Assembly (NCBI RefSeq): GCF_009834535.1
Contig: NC_045696.1
Location: 98,458,001-98,522,000, forward strand
Direction: 5' to 3'
Origin: Camelus ferus
Lineage: Eukaryota
DNA: 64,000 nucleotides
The position numbers were made by a program, and so were the translations under genes. Each line of letters starts with the position of its first letter. The stretch's first letter is position 1. The notes below the pieces were generated by a model. That model saw nothing but the letters and a program-made list of their open reading frames with translations. It did not search any database and was not told the DNA's origin. Below are positions 25,151 to 38,048 of the stretch, piece after piece.

Positions 25151-25259
25151 TATTATTCCTTGGTATGTATAAAACAAACTTTAGGCCTCTTCTTGAGGAA
25201 TTCATAATGTTGTGTGCAATTAACTTGGAAAAAAAAAAAAAGCAACTTAAACTATGTCC

Positions 25260-25480
25260 CTGAGAGGCTGGTGTACTTAGAATATTTTAGTTTGATTCTA
25301 ACTCTGCCATTTATTATCTGGGTGCACTTGGGAAAGTTATTTAAACTCTCTGAACTTCAACTTCTTTTGTAACAGAGGACAGGAAATGGTTTGTTTCATG
25401 GAGTTACTGTGAAGATCAAACAAATTAGGCATATAAAAGATTTATCTAAATTATGAGGCTGTATACATGTAAGACACTAT
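25260..25480 (+). mobile_element. MIR SINE
   Basis: ctctgccatttattatctgggtgcacttgggaaagttatttaaactctctgaacttca. Confidence 0.7.
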
Positions 25481-27284
25481 TTTTGTGTTTGTTTGACCCC
25501 TCATAGGACACTAAATCAAATGGAACCCTGTCCCACAAAATTATTGCTTAAATAGAATATGGGAGCAAGTTGTATAACACCATTCATTTTCTTTATTTAC
25601 ATATATCTGACTTTCTTCCTTTTTTCTTCCTCCTTCCTTTCCCTTCTGTTCCCTCTCTTCCCCTCCTCTCCTTCTTTCTTTCCTTCACCAATTTTTTTTT
25701 GTGCTAGGCCCTGTACTATGTATATTGCAAATAATAAAATCAGTTGTCCTTGTCTAGTATGGGAAACAAACACACGAAACAGTAACCAATTATATGACAT
25801 GATAAATGCAGCAATAAGTATAGGAACTAGATAGGGAGGTTTAGTTATGCAGTTATTGATTGTATAGGGTTTTTGAGAATGTGTTCATCTATTCGTGTTC
25901 CCTTTGTATTACAAAAATTTTAAATACAGAAAATAAAAGTTGAATCTTAAACTTAAGTCATAAGTACCTTGTCAGAGCATTTATCATATATGCAGGGTGT
26001 TTAAGAATACATATCAAGTAATTAATTAGCAAATATTTAGGTGAAAGATGTTTGATTGGAGTCATTTATTAAATGACTGAAGTTGGTGTTCTATTGATAG
26101 TAATTATATATGATACATAATAATTAAAATATGATTATCTCTTATGAACAATGAAAGGCAGTCTCTGAAATATGCAGATATTTTTATCAATATCCAAATT
26201 CCAAATAACTTCTCTTTATCTTTGAATCCAACCCACAATGATGAAAAAAATTCTGATCAATATTTGAAAACTCATGTCAGCATGGAGAAATATTGAAGTA
26301 GAAGATACAGTTTTAGCACTTTATAAAATTTGTAATCCAATGAAAAAGAAACAAAAATTATATTCCTATGTAGCTTTATTTGTTTGTACTGAGATACGTG
26401 AACACAAGTGAAGAGTTGTGAGATCAAGTGAGATAATTATAGATGGGTGACTTAATCTGAGGAGGGCTGCAAAAGGAATTCCAGAAAAGATCTCAATGAG
26501 CCTCTCATCTTTCCTTTTGCATTCTATTCTCAAAGTTATTATTTCTTTGGTTATTTGTGGTAATTGGGTCATATCATAACCTTTTCCCCCTTCTTATCTG
26601 CGTCATCATTGAACATCTCTCTGTGCACCCCAGTCTTTTCATCCACCCATCTGTCTAACTGCTCCTCTCGCCTCCTGCCGCGTCTCTTTCCAGTAGGCTC
26701 CTAGCTCAGCCCTGCCACCACCCACCTCTTCCTTTTATGCTGCAATGCACAATGAGCTCAGAATGGCATCAAACTGATCTCCCTTTACTTGAAGGATCAC
26801 AACACCATTGCTGTGAAATACAGGATGTTTCGAGGTTGACTCAGCTTCCTTGTCTTTCTGTCTACTAGTTAAATGCCAATTTAAAAAGAATTCAAATTGC
26901 TTAATTCAGACTGTATCACATGGAGTAATTCTTCCTCTGTGGAACTTGAAGATTTGTTTCCAGTTCTTCTCAGACTGAATATTATATTATAATTATATTC
27001 ACACAAACCTATTAATGCATTTAGTTAAAGCTTATTTTCACATATCTCATGACAAATTTGAAAAATAAATATTACTATAAACAGTGAAAACATTTACAGC
27101 AAGTAGGTAGTCAGTATCTAACACTTTAAAAAACACATTTTGCTGTCTAAAGTCCCCAGTAGAATAGTTATTAATTTATTGGTTATTATATCTGACCATA
27201 TTGACTAACTTCTAGGGAGAATGAGGAAAACGATTACAAAGAATTTGACATCAGATGTTACAATGGGCTTGGAATATGCTGTAT

Positions 27285-27520
27285 GTAATAATAGCTAACA
27301 GAACAGCGCCCTCTCTGCCAGGCACTGTTTTAAGTGTTTAACGCATGTCTATGCTCTGAGTCACGTACCACCACTATCCACATCTCACAGTTGAGAAGTG
27401 AGGCCACAGATTATAAGGAACATGTCCAGAATGTCCTAGTCAGAATGAGGTCAACCCAGGGTTTGATCTCAGACATTCAAGTTTCCAAAACCCATTCACT
27501 TAACGTACCATCTACTCAGT
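27285..27520 (-). mobile_element. MIR SINE
   Basis: aataatagctaac...tgccaggcactgttttaagtgttt...cagttgagaagtgaggccacaga. Confidence 0.75.
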
Positions 27521-30500
27521 AATAATATGAAACCTTCTGTCCATTTTAAATATATTTTACACGGAACCTAGTAGATAAGCTCAGTCAGATGCAATCAGTG
27601 TCTCAATATATATAAAAAATCAAGACATAAAAAATCTATATTTTTTACACTAAAGCTCACAAACACTAGAATAAAGCTCAGCAGACTTGGCTGATGAGCT
27701 CAGATGATCTTAACCTTTCTGAGGATGCTCTGTAACCTCTTTGAACCTCCTTATTCCCGGGTTTATAATGAGGGAAATAATGGGTTGTTGTGTGGATGAC
27801 CTGAAGTACTAACACAGTGGGGACACAGTAAACAGTAAATAACTGTTATTTTTAGTGTTATTCTCTCATGGTAAATGGAGCCATTTTAAATGTATTTTAA
27901 ATTAATCTCTTCTGTTTTGAAATTTCAACGTCACTTAGTTGCTTGCAGTGAAGGTATTGAGTAAAAGTCGTCCCCGGGCTTTGAAGAGCAGTTCTTCCTT
28001 AGAACATCTGTTTCCAAACTTGCAAAAGTGGAAATATTTGTTTAGGTTCCCAGCTTTTTCAACTCCCTTTATCAAGAGTCATGTGTTTCCTGTGCGTTTT
28101 CTCCTATAACAATTTAATTGCTTTTTCATTATTTTTTTTAACTGACCCTTTTTTCTTTCTTCACGGACACTTTTCTTAAAGGACAAAGTATTTTACTCCA
28201 TGAGTAAATGAGTGCTACTATCACAAGATGAGTAGAAAAAGCACAAAGCTACATTAAGATGTAGATACCAGGGATTTGTTTCCTGACTTACATTTGTGCC
28301 TGAACAGAACTAATAATTACAGCATGACACAGCTCTTTCAGGTTACTGGAAAAAAGTAGAAACTCAGAGTTTTGAATTTTCAAATGCCTCAAGCCTAGAG
28401 AATTCACCATAAATGTAGGGCTATAAAAAAATCTGGGTAATCTTAATATATGATTATAGTTTGAGCACACAATTACTCAAGGTAAAACACATTCTGTTTT
28501 CAAGTATAGTCGACATATGTGTTTTATTTCTAAAATTTTTTTTCAGAGTGTTATAGGTAGCAAATTTGAAAGGCTTTTTGCCAGTATTTTCCCTTATTAA
28601 AAAATTAGAAAACAGTTTGTCTTTTTAGAGGAAATAAAATCGACATGTTTACAATTAATTCATGCACAACTCCAGAAAAAGTTCATATAGCACTACCTGA
28701 TCTCGAAGGAACCTTTTGGCTTTTTAGAAGGTTTCTTCTTAAACAGGAAGTCATATTTTTCTAAGGATAAACAAATGCAACTCCCCAAAGATTTAAAATC
28801 AGTTCAAAAAGGTCAGATGGGTTCTAATCTTGGTAAAATCACATTTTCCAGATGCAGTTTAACAGATTTAAAGATTGCCTTTTTTTTTGGAAAATAGAAA
28901 TCCTTTGTCCCATCAACATCCAAATAAGTGATATTTTAGTAAATAATTTAAATATCTAGTTTCAATAGTATAACATTAACCCCACTTATAAAAATCCTAA
29001 GCATGGAGCAACCTCAGTGATCTGTTTGGAAAGCTTAAGTTAAAAAAAAAAGGGGAAATCCAGGTTCCTCTTGAATTCTCAAAATTGCTTGTTTGAACTT
29101 CTCCTAAAGTCTCTGATTATAAGTTACGACTTTATTTCTATTTTGTCTTAATAGTAATGGTGACTGATTTTTAACTCCTTCACTCTAAGACATGAAATGA
29201 ACAAGAAATAATACACCACATGAGAATTTTATACTGTGAAGTACAGTTTTATATTATTCCTCAATCTGAGCTATTTAAATTGTATTATATCAAGATTTTA
29301 GTTTTTGAGTATATATCTTTGTTTTTTTCTATTTGACTCATTTTTTCTTTTAAAGATCCCAGTTTAAAATGTACCTAAGTGTGATTAGAATTTATTTTAT
29401 TTTATATGAAAAGACTGTGGTTTATTGGAAGTGAGCCCTATAGTATGGGCAACAAGAAGTAGAAAGCATGATCATTAAGAAGCTCATATTCTAGGAAGGA
29501 AAACAAGACAGATCTTCATATTTATGCTACAGATTCATTAAAGTTTTATTTAATCACTCTGGAAGAATGCCTTCTATATGTTAGAAACTGCACTAGGCAT
29601 TTTGGCTTTTTAAAAGTAAGATAGGTTCCCTGACCTCAAGAACTCTGTTTTACAAATGCAGAACTAATGCTGCTGTATGTACAATAAAGTAAAAGCCAAT
29701 TAGCAGATTCATTAATTGTGCTTTGTGAACACTTCTATTGTAATACATTTATTTTAATTAAGGCCTTCTACCTAGATCAAAGGTGTTAACATGGCTTCCT
29801 GGTGTGAAATGTTAAGACTTGTGAAATACTAACCACTTGCCTTTACCCAAGTCCTGTAATTCAAGAGAACTTCTTACTTAAACAAATAATTAACTTTGAT
29901 AATGAAAATGTAAAACAAATGCTGTGGACACTAATAATGATATAATCTTTAGTTCCACGCATAGCCAAAACAAAAGTTAAATCATTAGCTATAATTATAG
30001 AGGGATATACATACATATGTATTTATTTATGCATGTATTTATGTAAAGTAGAATAGCAGACAGGCAGAGTAATGGCTGAGTACACAGGAAAAGTAGGATA
30101 ATTAGTGACTAAAGTTAGAGAATTCTAAACTGATAAGACTTTAACTAACTGATGGAACGATCAGAAAACATTAAGAAAAGAGAACGGTGTGTACAAAGCA
30201 AGAGAGCTATATGTATACACGCGCACACACACACACATACACACACATATTTAGAGGTATGAAAGCATATAGCAAGTACCCGTTTGGTTAGAGAAATAAA
30301 TTGCACTGGCATATGTTTTTGAGTCTTGCTGTTATATAAGATATGCAGCTATGAAAGAAGCATTTCTATTAAATATGTTGGTGCTCATTTGTTTTTAGGT
30401 TGGAAAGCAAAGTAAAAAGCCTTAGTTTAAGAGAAAATTCATGTTATAATATAGCACATACATCTATCAAACACGCTGCAATTCTGTGCCAAAATATTTT

Positions 30501-33249
30501 TTCATAATTGTAAATATACTAGAAAAAATACAAGATGTGCCTTACGAACTTCAATATTTATCATTGCAAAAATGGACAACCATTCCTATAGTGAAATAAT
30601 GGTGTGTGTGTGAGATGAATGAAATGTGGTAGCCAAAAAAGTAAAGGACCCATATTTAAAACAACACTGTGTAATGTTTTTGTAAATGTGATATTTCATG
30701 AAAAGCCGTTTCTTTGAAAGACGAGGTTTTGTTTAAATAGATGAAAATTCCTTTTACAAATGAACTTATGGGGTAGTTCATCTTATGTGGAAATATTACA
30801 GAAGCCAATTTCTCCATTTTTTACTTCTAGTAGTGAAAAGACAAGAAGTGTAGCAGTGGTTATAGTCCTATTTCTACTGTTGTAAATCCATTGTAATTTG
30901 GAGTACCTCTAGCTAAATGACGAAGTTATAGTGATATTCAATATTTCCTGTGGATTCATGTTAATTTGTGGTTTTAATTTGTTACCATTCACAGCGGAAC
31001 AATTTCCTCACCAGGTTTCCTCATTGGAAACAATCCTCAATCTGCCAGTGCTGCTACCACATGATCTTTAGAAGTAAGATACAGAATTGATTTTCAATGA
31101 AAGAGGCAGATTGCATCCTTGTACAATGTCCATTATCTCTAAAAAATCTTTGGCTTGTGATAATATGGGTTCTAATTACCTCATTACTCTTAGTTGCAAT
31201 TATTTACCATGAAATACCTAGATATTTTTCTTTTTTTCCAAAAGAAAACAGAGCTCATCTGACGTTTGCTTTCCTGACCACAGTTTAGTTCTTAGAAAAT
31301 GACTGCGTTAGATAATCAAAATGGTGAACAAAACATATATGAAAAACTAAATTAAACTTTTCAAAAAGATGAAGCCAAAGGTATTGCCTTAGAACTCCCT
31401 TTCCCTACTCCTAGAATCTGTCCAAATGATGAAAAGAAGAATTGGGGGAATAAAATATCATCAGCAATGAAATAGGGAATATTGGCAACTATTTCCTATT
31501 AAACTTTAAAGCAGTTTTTTCCCAGATACTCAACAAATTCAAAGATGGCTTTGAGAACTGATACTTAAATTCTTTTCTCAAGATATCAGTGCACTGTTAG
31601 GAGAAATAAGTGGAGAAAATTCCATCAAATCCCCCAAAATGCCCTGATTAGGGGTCCTCATAGGAAAAATGGAAGCTCCTTCTTCCGCTGCAGATCAGTA
31701 GCTTTCCGTATCTGGTGAGAGAACTGGAAGGGAGAGGATCTGACCGTGTCTCATTGTTTTTCTTGGAAGTTTTTTTTTGAATCAACTTCCCCGGGGAAGA
31801 CAAATAAACAAATAACACTTTTTGCCAGTCATTGCCTTTATATATAGATTGCTATATATCAAGTTCCTGACATTTATTGTGGTTCTTAAACATAAAGACA
31901 AAAAAAAAAAAAAAAATCCAAACAGGCAAACTAAAGTCAGATGTGTATCTGTGCCTTCACACTATCTCCAGAGCCCTCAAAGTTAACTACCTTTGTAGAA
32001 AATGGTGCACAACAGTCGTTGGCCATTTGGATCATTGTCTTCCCTTCCGAGCTGCTCCTGGAGGGGCTGAGCCACTTTAGAAGAGCATGGAGAGTGAACA
32101 GAGCCCAGGGATTAAACCAACCCTGCTGCCTGTTAGGCTTCTAGCTCTAATCCCTGGATAGTTTCTGTCTTTTGTACTTATAGTCAGCTATATTTTATAT
32201 AGTAGAAGAGGGAAATGATTGAGTTTGGGTAATTCTTTACAGAGGGATTAAGTGTCTAAATGAATTTTACTTATTGGAAGAAACATCTGTGCCCACTTTC
32301 CACGCACATGTACACACACAATACAGGCTTATATATATGTAATTTTTCTACCCTGTAGGCCATATACCTCCTCCTACTCCTTAAAGTGAGTGGCAAACTA
32401 AAGCTCGTTTGGAGACTCTTCTAGAACCTACATATTCCAATGAATAGTTTCAGGCTTAATCTCTATCTGGGCATTGTAAAATGCATCTTCAGCAAGATAT
32501 TCTTTGGGAATCAGCAGTTATTAGTCTTGCTGTGCTACCTTTGTTAAATTGTTCAGACTCAGTTTTTCAAGACATGATCTTGGTAAAATTCCATATTTTG
32601 CCTGTCTTGTGCAAACCTTGTGAAAGAGAATGGTCATTTGCTACGTGTATTATATGCATGTTGGGTATACTTTTTCTGAAAGAAGATTTTCCAAGATCCT
32701 GCCAAGTTTGCTTTGACTGGAGAAGAATGCAGAAGAGATGAAAACAATCATTTTGAAGCCACTTTTTACAACAGTGAACCAATAACATAAAAGTAGGGGA
32801 ATCATCAACAAAAAGCCTTAGACTGAAAATCTTGTATCCTATCCAGTGTACTGCCAAAATGGCAATGCAGGAATGCAATCTAAAATTGGAATGTACTTTT
32901 CAACGGTCATGAAATCCTCCTTTCTCCCCATTTTTTCTGGGTGGGTGCCTGCTGGAGAAGTTTCAGCAAATACAGAGAAAAGGCAAACACAGACAAAAAA
33001 TCCCCAACTCCCATAGCCACAAGTGACCTCCTACAAATTCCTTATTAATGTTATTAATAATATGACTCTACATCATGCTTAAAATTAGTAGTCTCCACCC
33101 TTTGCCAAAAAAGCATTAAATTTAATGCTATATGAAACAAAAGATAAATAAGCAAGCAAACAAACAAAAAATGTTGGACATGACCTTTACATTACATAAA
33201 ACAAGATATGAAATTTCTTTTTCTCATTACTATAATTTTTAAATGATAA

Positions 33250-34930
33250 AGAGCTATCCAATCTCACAAAGAAAAAAGATATGAATTGAAAGAATATTAA
33301 ATTATGATTATTTGTATATGACATGATTGCATACCAAGAAAACCAAACTACTAGAATTAAAATGTGAGTTCAGTAAATATACTGATACAAAATAAATATA
33401 ATAAATACCTCTAATAAATCCCTTGGAAGCTAACAATAATCAGTTTTGAAATTAAATAAAGATCTAATTCAAAATGCATTTATTTACCTAGAAATGTGTA
33501 GGACATACATGAAAAGAAAATTCTACTGAGAAATGTAAAAAGAAGATGAGTAAATATAAAAATATTACTTGTTCTTGGGGTATTTGTGAATTTCCTTCAA
33601 ATTAAGCTGTGTATTTTATGCAATAACAATCAAAATTAGAAAGATTTTTTTATTTGAAAAATTTGTAAAATGTATCTAGGAAAATAAGTAGATAAAAATA
33701 TCCAGTAGAATTCTGGAAAAAAACATGTAATGAAGACAATAACCTTATCAAATATAAAAGTCTAACTTAAGCTACATTGAGACTTCAAGAATAGACTAAT
33801 CAATGAAGTAGAACAATCTCTGTAAATCACTAGCAGAATTAATATCTGACAAAAGCAGCTTTTTGAATCATTGAACAAAGTTGAGGTTATTAAAAAAAAA
33901 AAGTGAGAGGCAACTGGGTATTTGAAAACCGAAATGAAACAAACAGAACTCTAAGTCATACCTACAATAAACATAAAATTTAAATGTATTAAAGACATAA
34001 TACTAGTACTAGAAGAGATATTAGATAAATATTTTAATAATTTTGGTATTTCAAAGTCCTGTAAACATACATAAGTAATAGCCTACATGGAGTAAATAGT
34101 GATATATTTGACTAAAAAAATTAAAAGATAGTATATGAGAAATACATTATGAAAAATTATAAAAACATTGCTAGAGATACGTGTTGTAAAGTATCTGTAT
34201 TAGTAATATTCTTAGTTACAAACAACAGAAAAAGACATAAGCAGAAAAGTAATTTTAGAAGTTGCTCACAAAATCAACAGGAGGGATTGAGAAGCAGTTT
34301 TGAATCAGAAGCAAGGAAGAACAGGTACAGCTGAAGTCCTGTACAGGAATAACATCTTCTCACCAGATAGTCTTTGTGAAGCTTCTAGAACTTTTACTCT
34401 ACCACAGCTTCCTCAAATTATCTCTCTGTCTTGATATCATATTCTCTAGGTTCATCGTTGCCAGTAAAAGCATCTGATTGGCCAGCTTTAGATCAGGTGA
34501 CTCTGATCTGCTTGCCAGAGGATAGAGAGAGAAAATGTTATTTCCCATTTGACTTCCAGAGTGGAAAGCAGGGTGAAATCCTCACAAATTAAAAATGGAA
34601 TTTGTTTGATTCAATTATTTTAAATTAAATGTGAAACATTAAATCTTTTACATGTAATGATCCTTTAAAAATCAAATAAGGAAAGGACAGATATTCTAAC
34701 AGAAACAAAAGGAGCAAATGACATGAAAATGCAATATTGAAGAAGAAATACAATATCCAATGTCTACTGCTTAGTAATCAAAAGTGAATATTATTGAAAC
34801 AACTTAATTCTGTAAAAATAAAATTAATCATCCAAAGTTACAAAAATTTAGAAATATATAGTGCTGGTGAGGATGTGAGGCAATGGACACTTTGATACAC
34901 TGTTAGTGGGAAAATAAATTGATGTAATTT
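33250..34930 (+). mobile_element. Old L1ME ORF2/3' relic, interrupted by an MLT1 LTR
   Basis: ttatttgtatatgacatgattgcataccaagaaaacc (LFADDMI.Y.ENP-like) through gtgctggtgaggatgtgagg...cactgttagtggga. Confidence 0.75.
34195..34600 (-). mobile_element. MaLR LTR (MLT1K/L-like)
   Basis: tgtattagtaatattcttagttacaaacaacagaaa...catctgattggccagctt. Confidence 0.6.
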
Positions 34931-34934
34931 TCTT

Positions 34935-35369
34935 CTTTTTTAAGTTTAACTATAGTTGATATATAATATTAGTTTCAAGGGTACAACATAGTAAATCAAT
35001 ATTTTTATAGAACATACTCTATATAAAGTTACTATAAAATACTATCTTCCTTGTGTTATGCTGTACATTACACCCTTATAACTTATTTATTTTATACCTA
35101 GCAGTTTGTACCTCAAGTCCTTTTCCCCTATTTTGCCACTCTCTCCACCACTCTCCCCTCTGGTAATACAGAGAATAAACTCTGTATCTGAGAGTCTGTT
35201 TCTGTTTTGTTATATTTATTCATTTGTTTCATCTTACAGATTCCACATGTAAGTGAAAACATATAATATTTGTCTTTGTCTGACTTTTTTCACTAAACAT
35301 ATAGATTACCCATGTCACAAATGGCATTTCATTCTTTTTTAACAGCTGAGTAATATTCTATTGTGTGAT

Positions 35370-35411
<42 letters not shown>

Positions 35412-37010
35412 TATAGATATATACAAATATATCATATCTTCTTTATCCATTCATTCTGGACAGTTAGATTGTTTCCATATCTTCACTGTTATAAATAAAG
35501 CTGATAGGAACATCAGGGTGCATGTAACTTTTCAAATTAGTGTTTTCATTTTCACTGGATAAATAACCAGGAGTGGAATTGCTGGATCATATGGTGGACT
35601 TTCTAACTTTTTGAGGAACCTCCATACTATTTTCTATAGCAGCTACACCAGTTTACATTACCACCAGCAGTGCATGAGGATTCTCTTTTCTCTACATCCT
35701 TGCCAACATTTATTTCTTGTCTTTTTGATGATAACCATTCTGTTAGGTATGAGATGTTATTTCCTGTAGTTTTGATTTGCATTTCCCTGATAATTACTGA
35801 TATTGAGCATCTTTCCATGTGCCTGTTAGCCACCTGTATGTCTTCTTCAGAAAAATGCCTATTCAAGCCCTTTGCCCATTTTGTAATTGGGTTGTTTGAA
35901 TATTAACTCTTTATTGAAAATATCTTTTGCAAATATCTCCTCCCATTCAGTAGGTTGTCTTTTCATTTTGTTGATGGTTTCTTACACTGTGAAGAAGCTT
36001 GTAAGTGATCAGTTCCCATTTATTTATATTTGCTTTAGTTTCCCTTGCTTCAGGAGACAAAAAAAATACATATATATTGCTAAGACTGATGTCAAAGAGT
36101 GTACTGCCTATGTTTTCTTCTAGGAGTTTTATGGTTTCTTGTCTTACATTTAGGTCTTTATATAGTTTGAACTTATTTTTGTGTATGGTGTGAGAAAATT
36201 TTCTAGTTTCATTCTTTTACATGAAGTTGTTTAGTTTTCCCAGCACCGCTTATTGAGGACGCTGTCTTTTCCCCATTGTATATTCCCCATTGTATATTTG
36301 CCTCATTTGTAATAGATTAATTGACCATATGTGTGTGGGTTTATTTCTGGGCTCTCCATTCTATTCCATTGATTTATGTGTCTGTTTTTGTGCCAGTGTC
36401 ATACTGTTTACTTACTGTATCTTTGTAGTGTAGTCTGAAGTCAGGGAGCATGATACTTTTGGCTTCGTTCTTTTTTCTCAAGATGGCTTGGCTAGTTGGG
36501 GTCTTTTGTGGTTTCATACAAATTTTTGGATTATTATAGTTCTGTGAAAAAATGTCCTGGGTATTTTGATAGGGATTATAATACATCTGCTGATTGCAAA
36601 GGTAGCATAAACATTTTAACAATATTAGTTCTTCCACTCCACAAGTGCAGTGTATCTTTCCATTTATTTGTATATTCTTCAATTTTCTTCATCAATGTCT
36701 TAATAGCTTCAGAGTATAGGTCTTTCATCTCCTTTGTTAAATTTATTCCTAGGTATTTTATTCTTTTTGATTTGATTGTAAAAGAGGTTGTTTTCTTGGT
36801 TTCTCTTTATGGTAGTTCAGTATCAGTGTAGAAATGCAACAGATTTCCATTTATTAATCTTGCATCCTGCAAATTTACTAAATTCATTTATTAGTTCTAA
36901 CAGTTTTTGGTGGAGACTTCAGGGTTTTCTACACATAGTAGCATGTCATCTGCAAACAGTGACCGTTTTAACTTCTTCCCTTCCATTCTGAATGCCTGTT
37001 ATTTCTTTTT
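34935..37010 (-). mobile_element. 5'-truncated L1 (~2.1 kb; L1MA9/laurasiatherian type), ORF2 C-terminus plus 3' UTR
   Basis: ORF 35627-35866 [32 protein letters not shown] and ORF 36374-36682 QAILRKKNEAKSIMLPDFRLHYK are L1 ORF2p; frameshifted. Confidence 0.95.
35371..35408 (+). repeat. (TAGA)n microsatellite inside L1 3' UTR
   Basis: Directly visible, about 9 units. Confidence 0.95.
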
Positions 37011-38020
37011 TTTTTTTTAAACCTCCCCAATGCCAGAGTCTATATCTTGATAAAATTCCTGTTTTTCTGTTACTTGGGCCTGAAACCTCAAAAGTTCTCC
37101 GCTATGGGATCTTAAAAAAAAACAGTTCACTCCTCTAGACCTAGTTCTTATAGGTAAAATAAAGGAGTTATATTTTTTAAATTGTTATATATTATTGTGA
37201 TTAAAAAGTTGACACTTGGCCAACTTCTAATTTTCCAGTTATGGAATGTCAATATAAAATACTTGGAGTAAAGCAGAAAAATGTATGGTTTCTATTAATG
37301 TGTTTGACACATAATTTACAAAAATTTAACTCATCTAAACACTGGGAGACATGTGCTTTATTGAAAGTCTTATTGGTTCATTATGACTCAAGAATATTAG
37401 AAGGAATACATGGTGTCCTTTGGCACACGGTTAGTATATGGCTGGAAGCCCTCTGAATAGTGGGGAACCTAAAAAGAGAAGCATAGAATAAAGATTGGTA
37501 TACGCTAAGCAGATGTTTTATTTTCTCCTCTTGGAGAGAATTCTAGAGATTATCCCAATTTAGGCCATGGGAGGTAGAGAGAAAGCAGGTATTGGGATGA
37601 TTATGGAGTAGCTGCAAAAATCCGTGTCTTTAGCACTAAGCTCTGTCAGGAACATCAACTATTGGCTTTCAATCATAAAGACCCTTCTAGGCTAGCATTT
37701 TCCAAACACTGATTTATTGAATCAGAATTTGGGGACATTACTTAGACCTTCATACCAAAAGTGATCCAAAGAGTTGCAAAATCAGATCAGTCTTATTTAA
37801 GAATTAGTTACATATCTAATGTGATGCTAAAAAATTTCTCTCTGGTTCCTAAGAACCTGAGTACTTTGGTAAAGTAATAATTACTACTACTTGATTTTTA
37901 AATGGTCATGGGTAATAGTGCTATATGTTCCATTATTTAAATAGCATAACAAAGGCAGCTGAATTTTCCCCAAACCATCACCTGCTATCTTTATTGTGGT
38001 TGTGTATGTGGGGGTTAGGG

Positions 38021-38048
38021 GTGTGTGTGTGTGTGTGTGTGTGTGTGT
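38021..38048 (+). repeat. (GT)14 microsatellite
   Basis: Directly visible. Confidence 0.95.

Noticed and set aside
35627..36991. ORFs with clear L1 ORF2p similarity
   Set aside because: Frameshifted pieces of a 5'-truncated dead L1, not a host gene or an active element.
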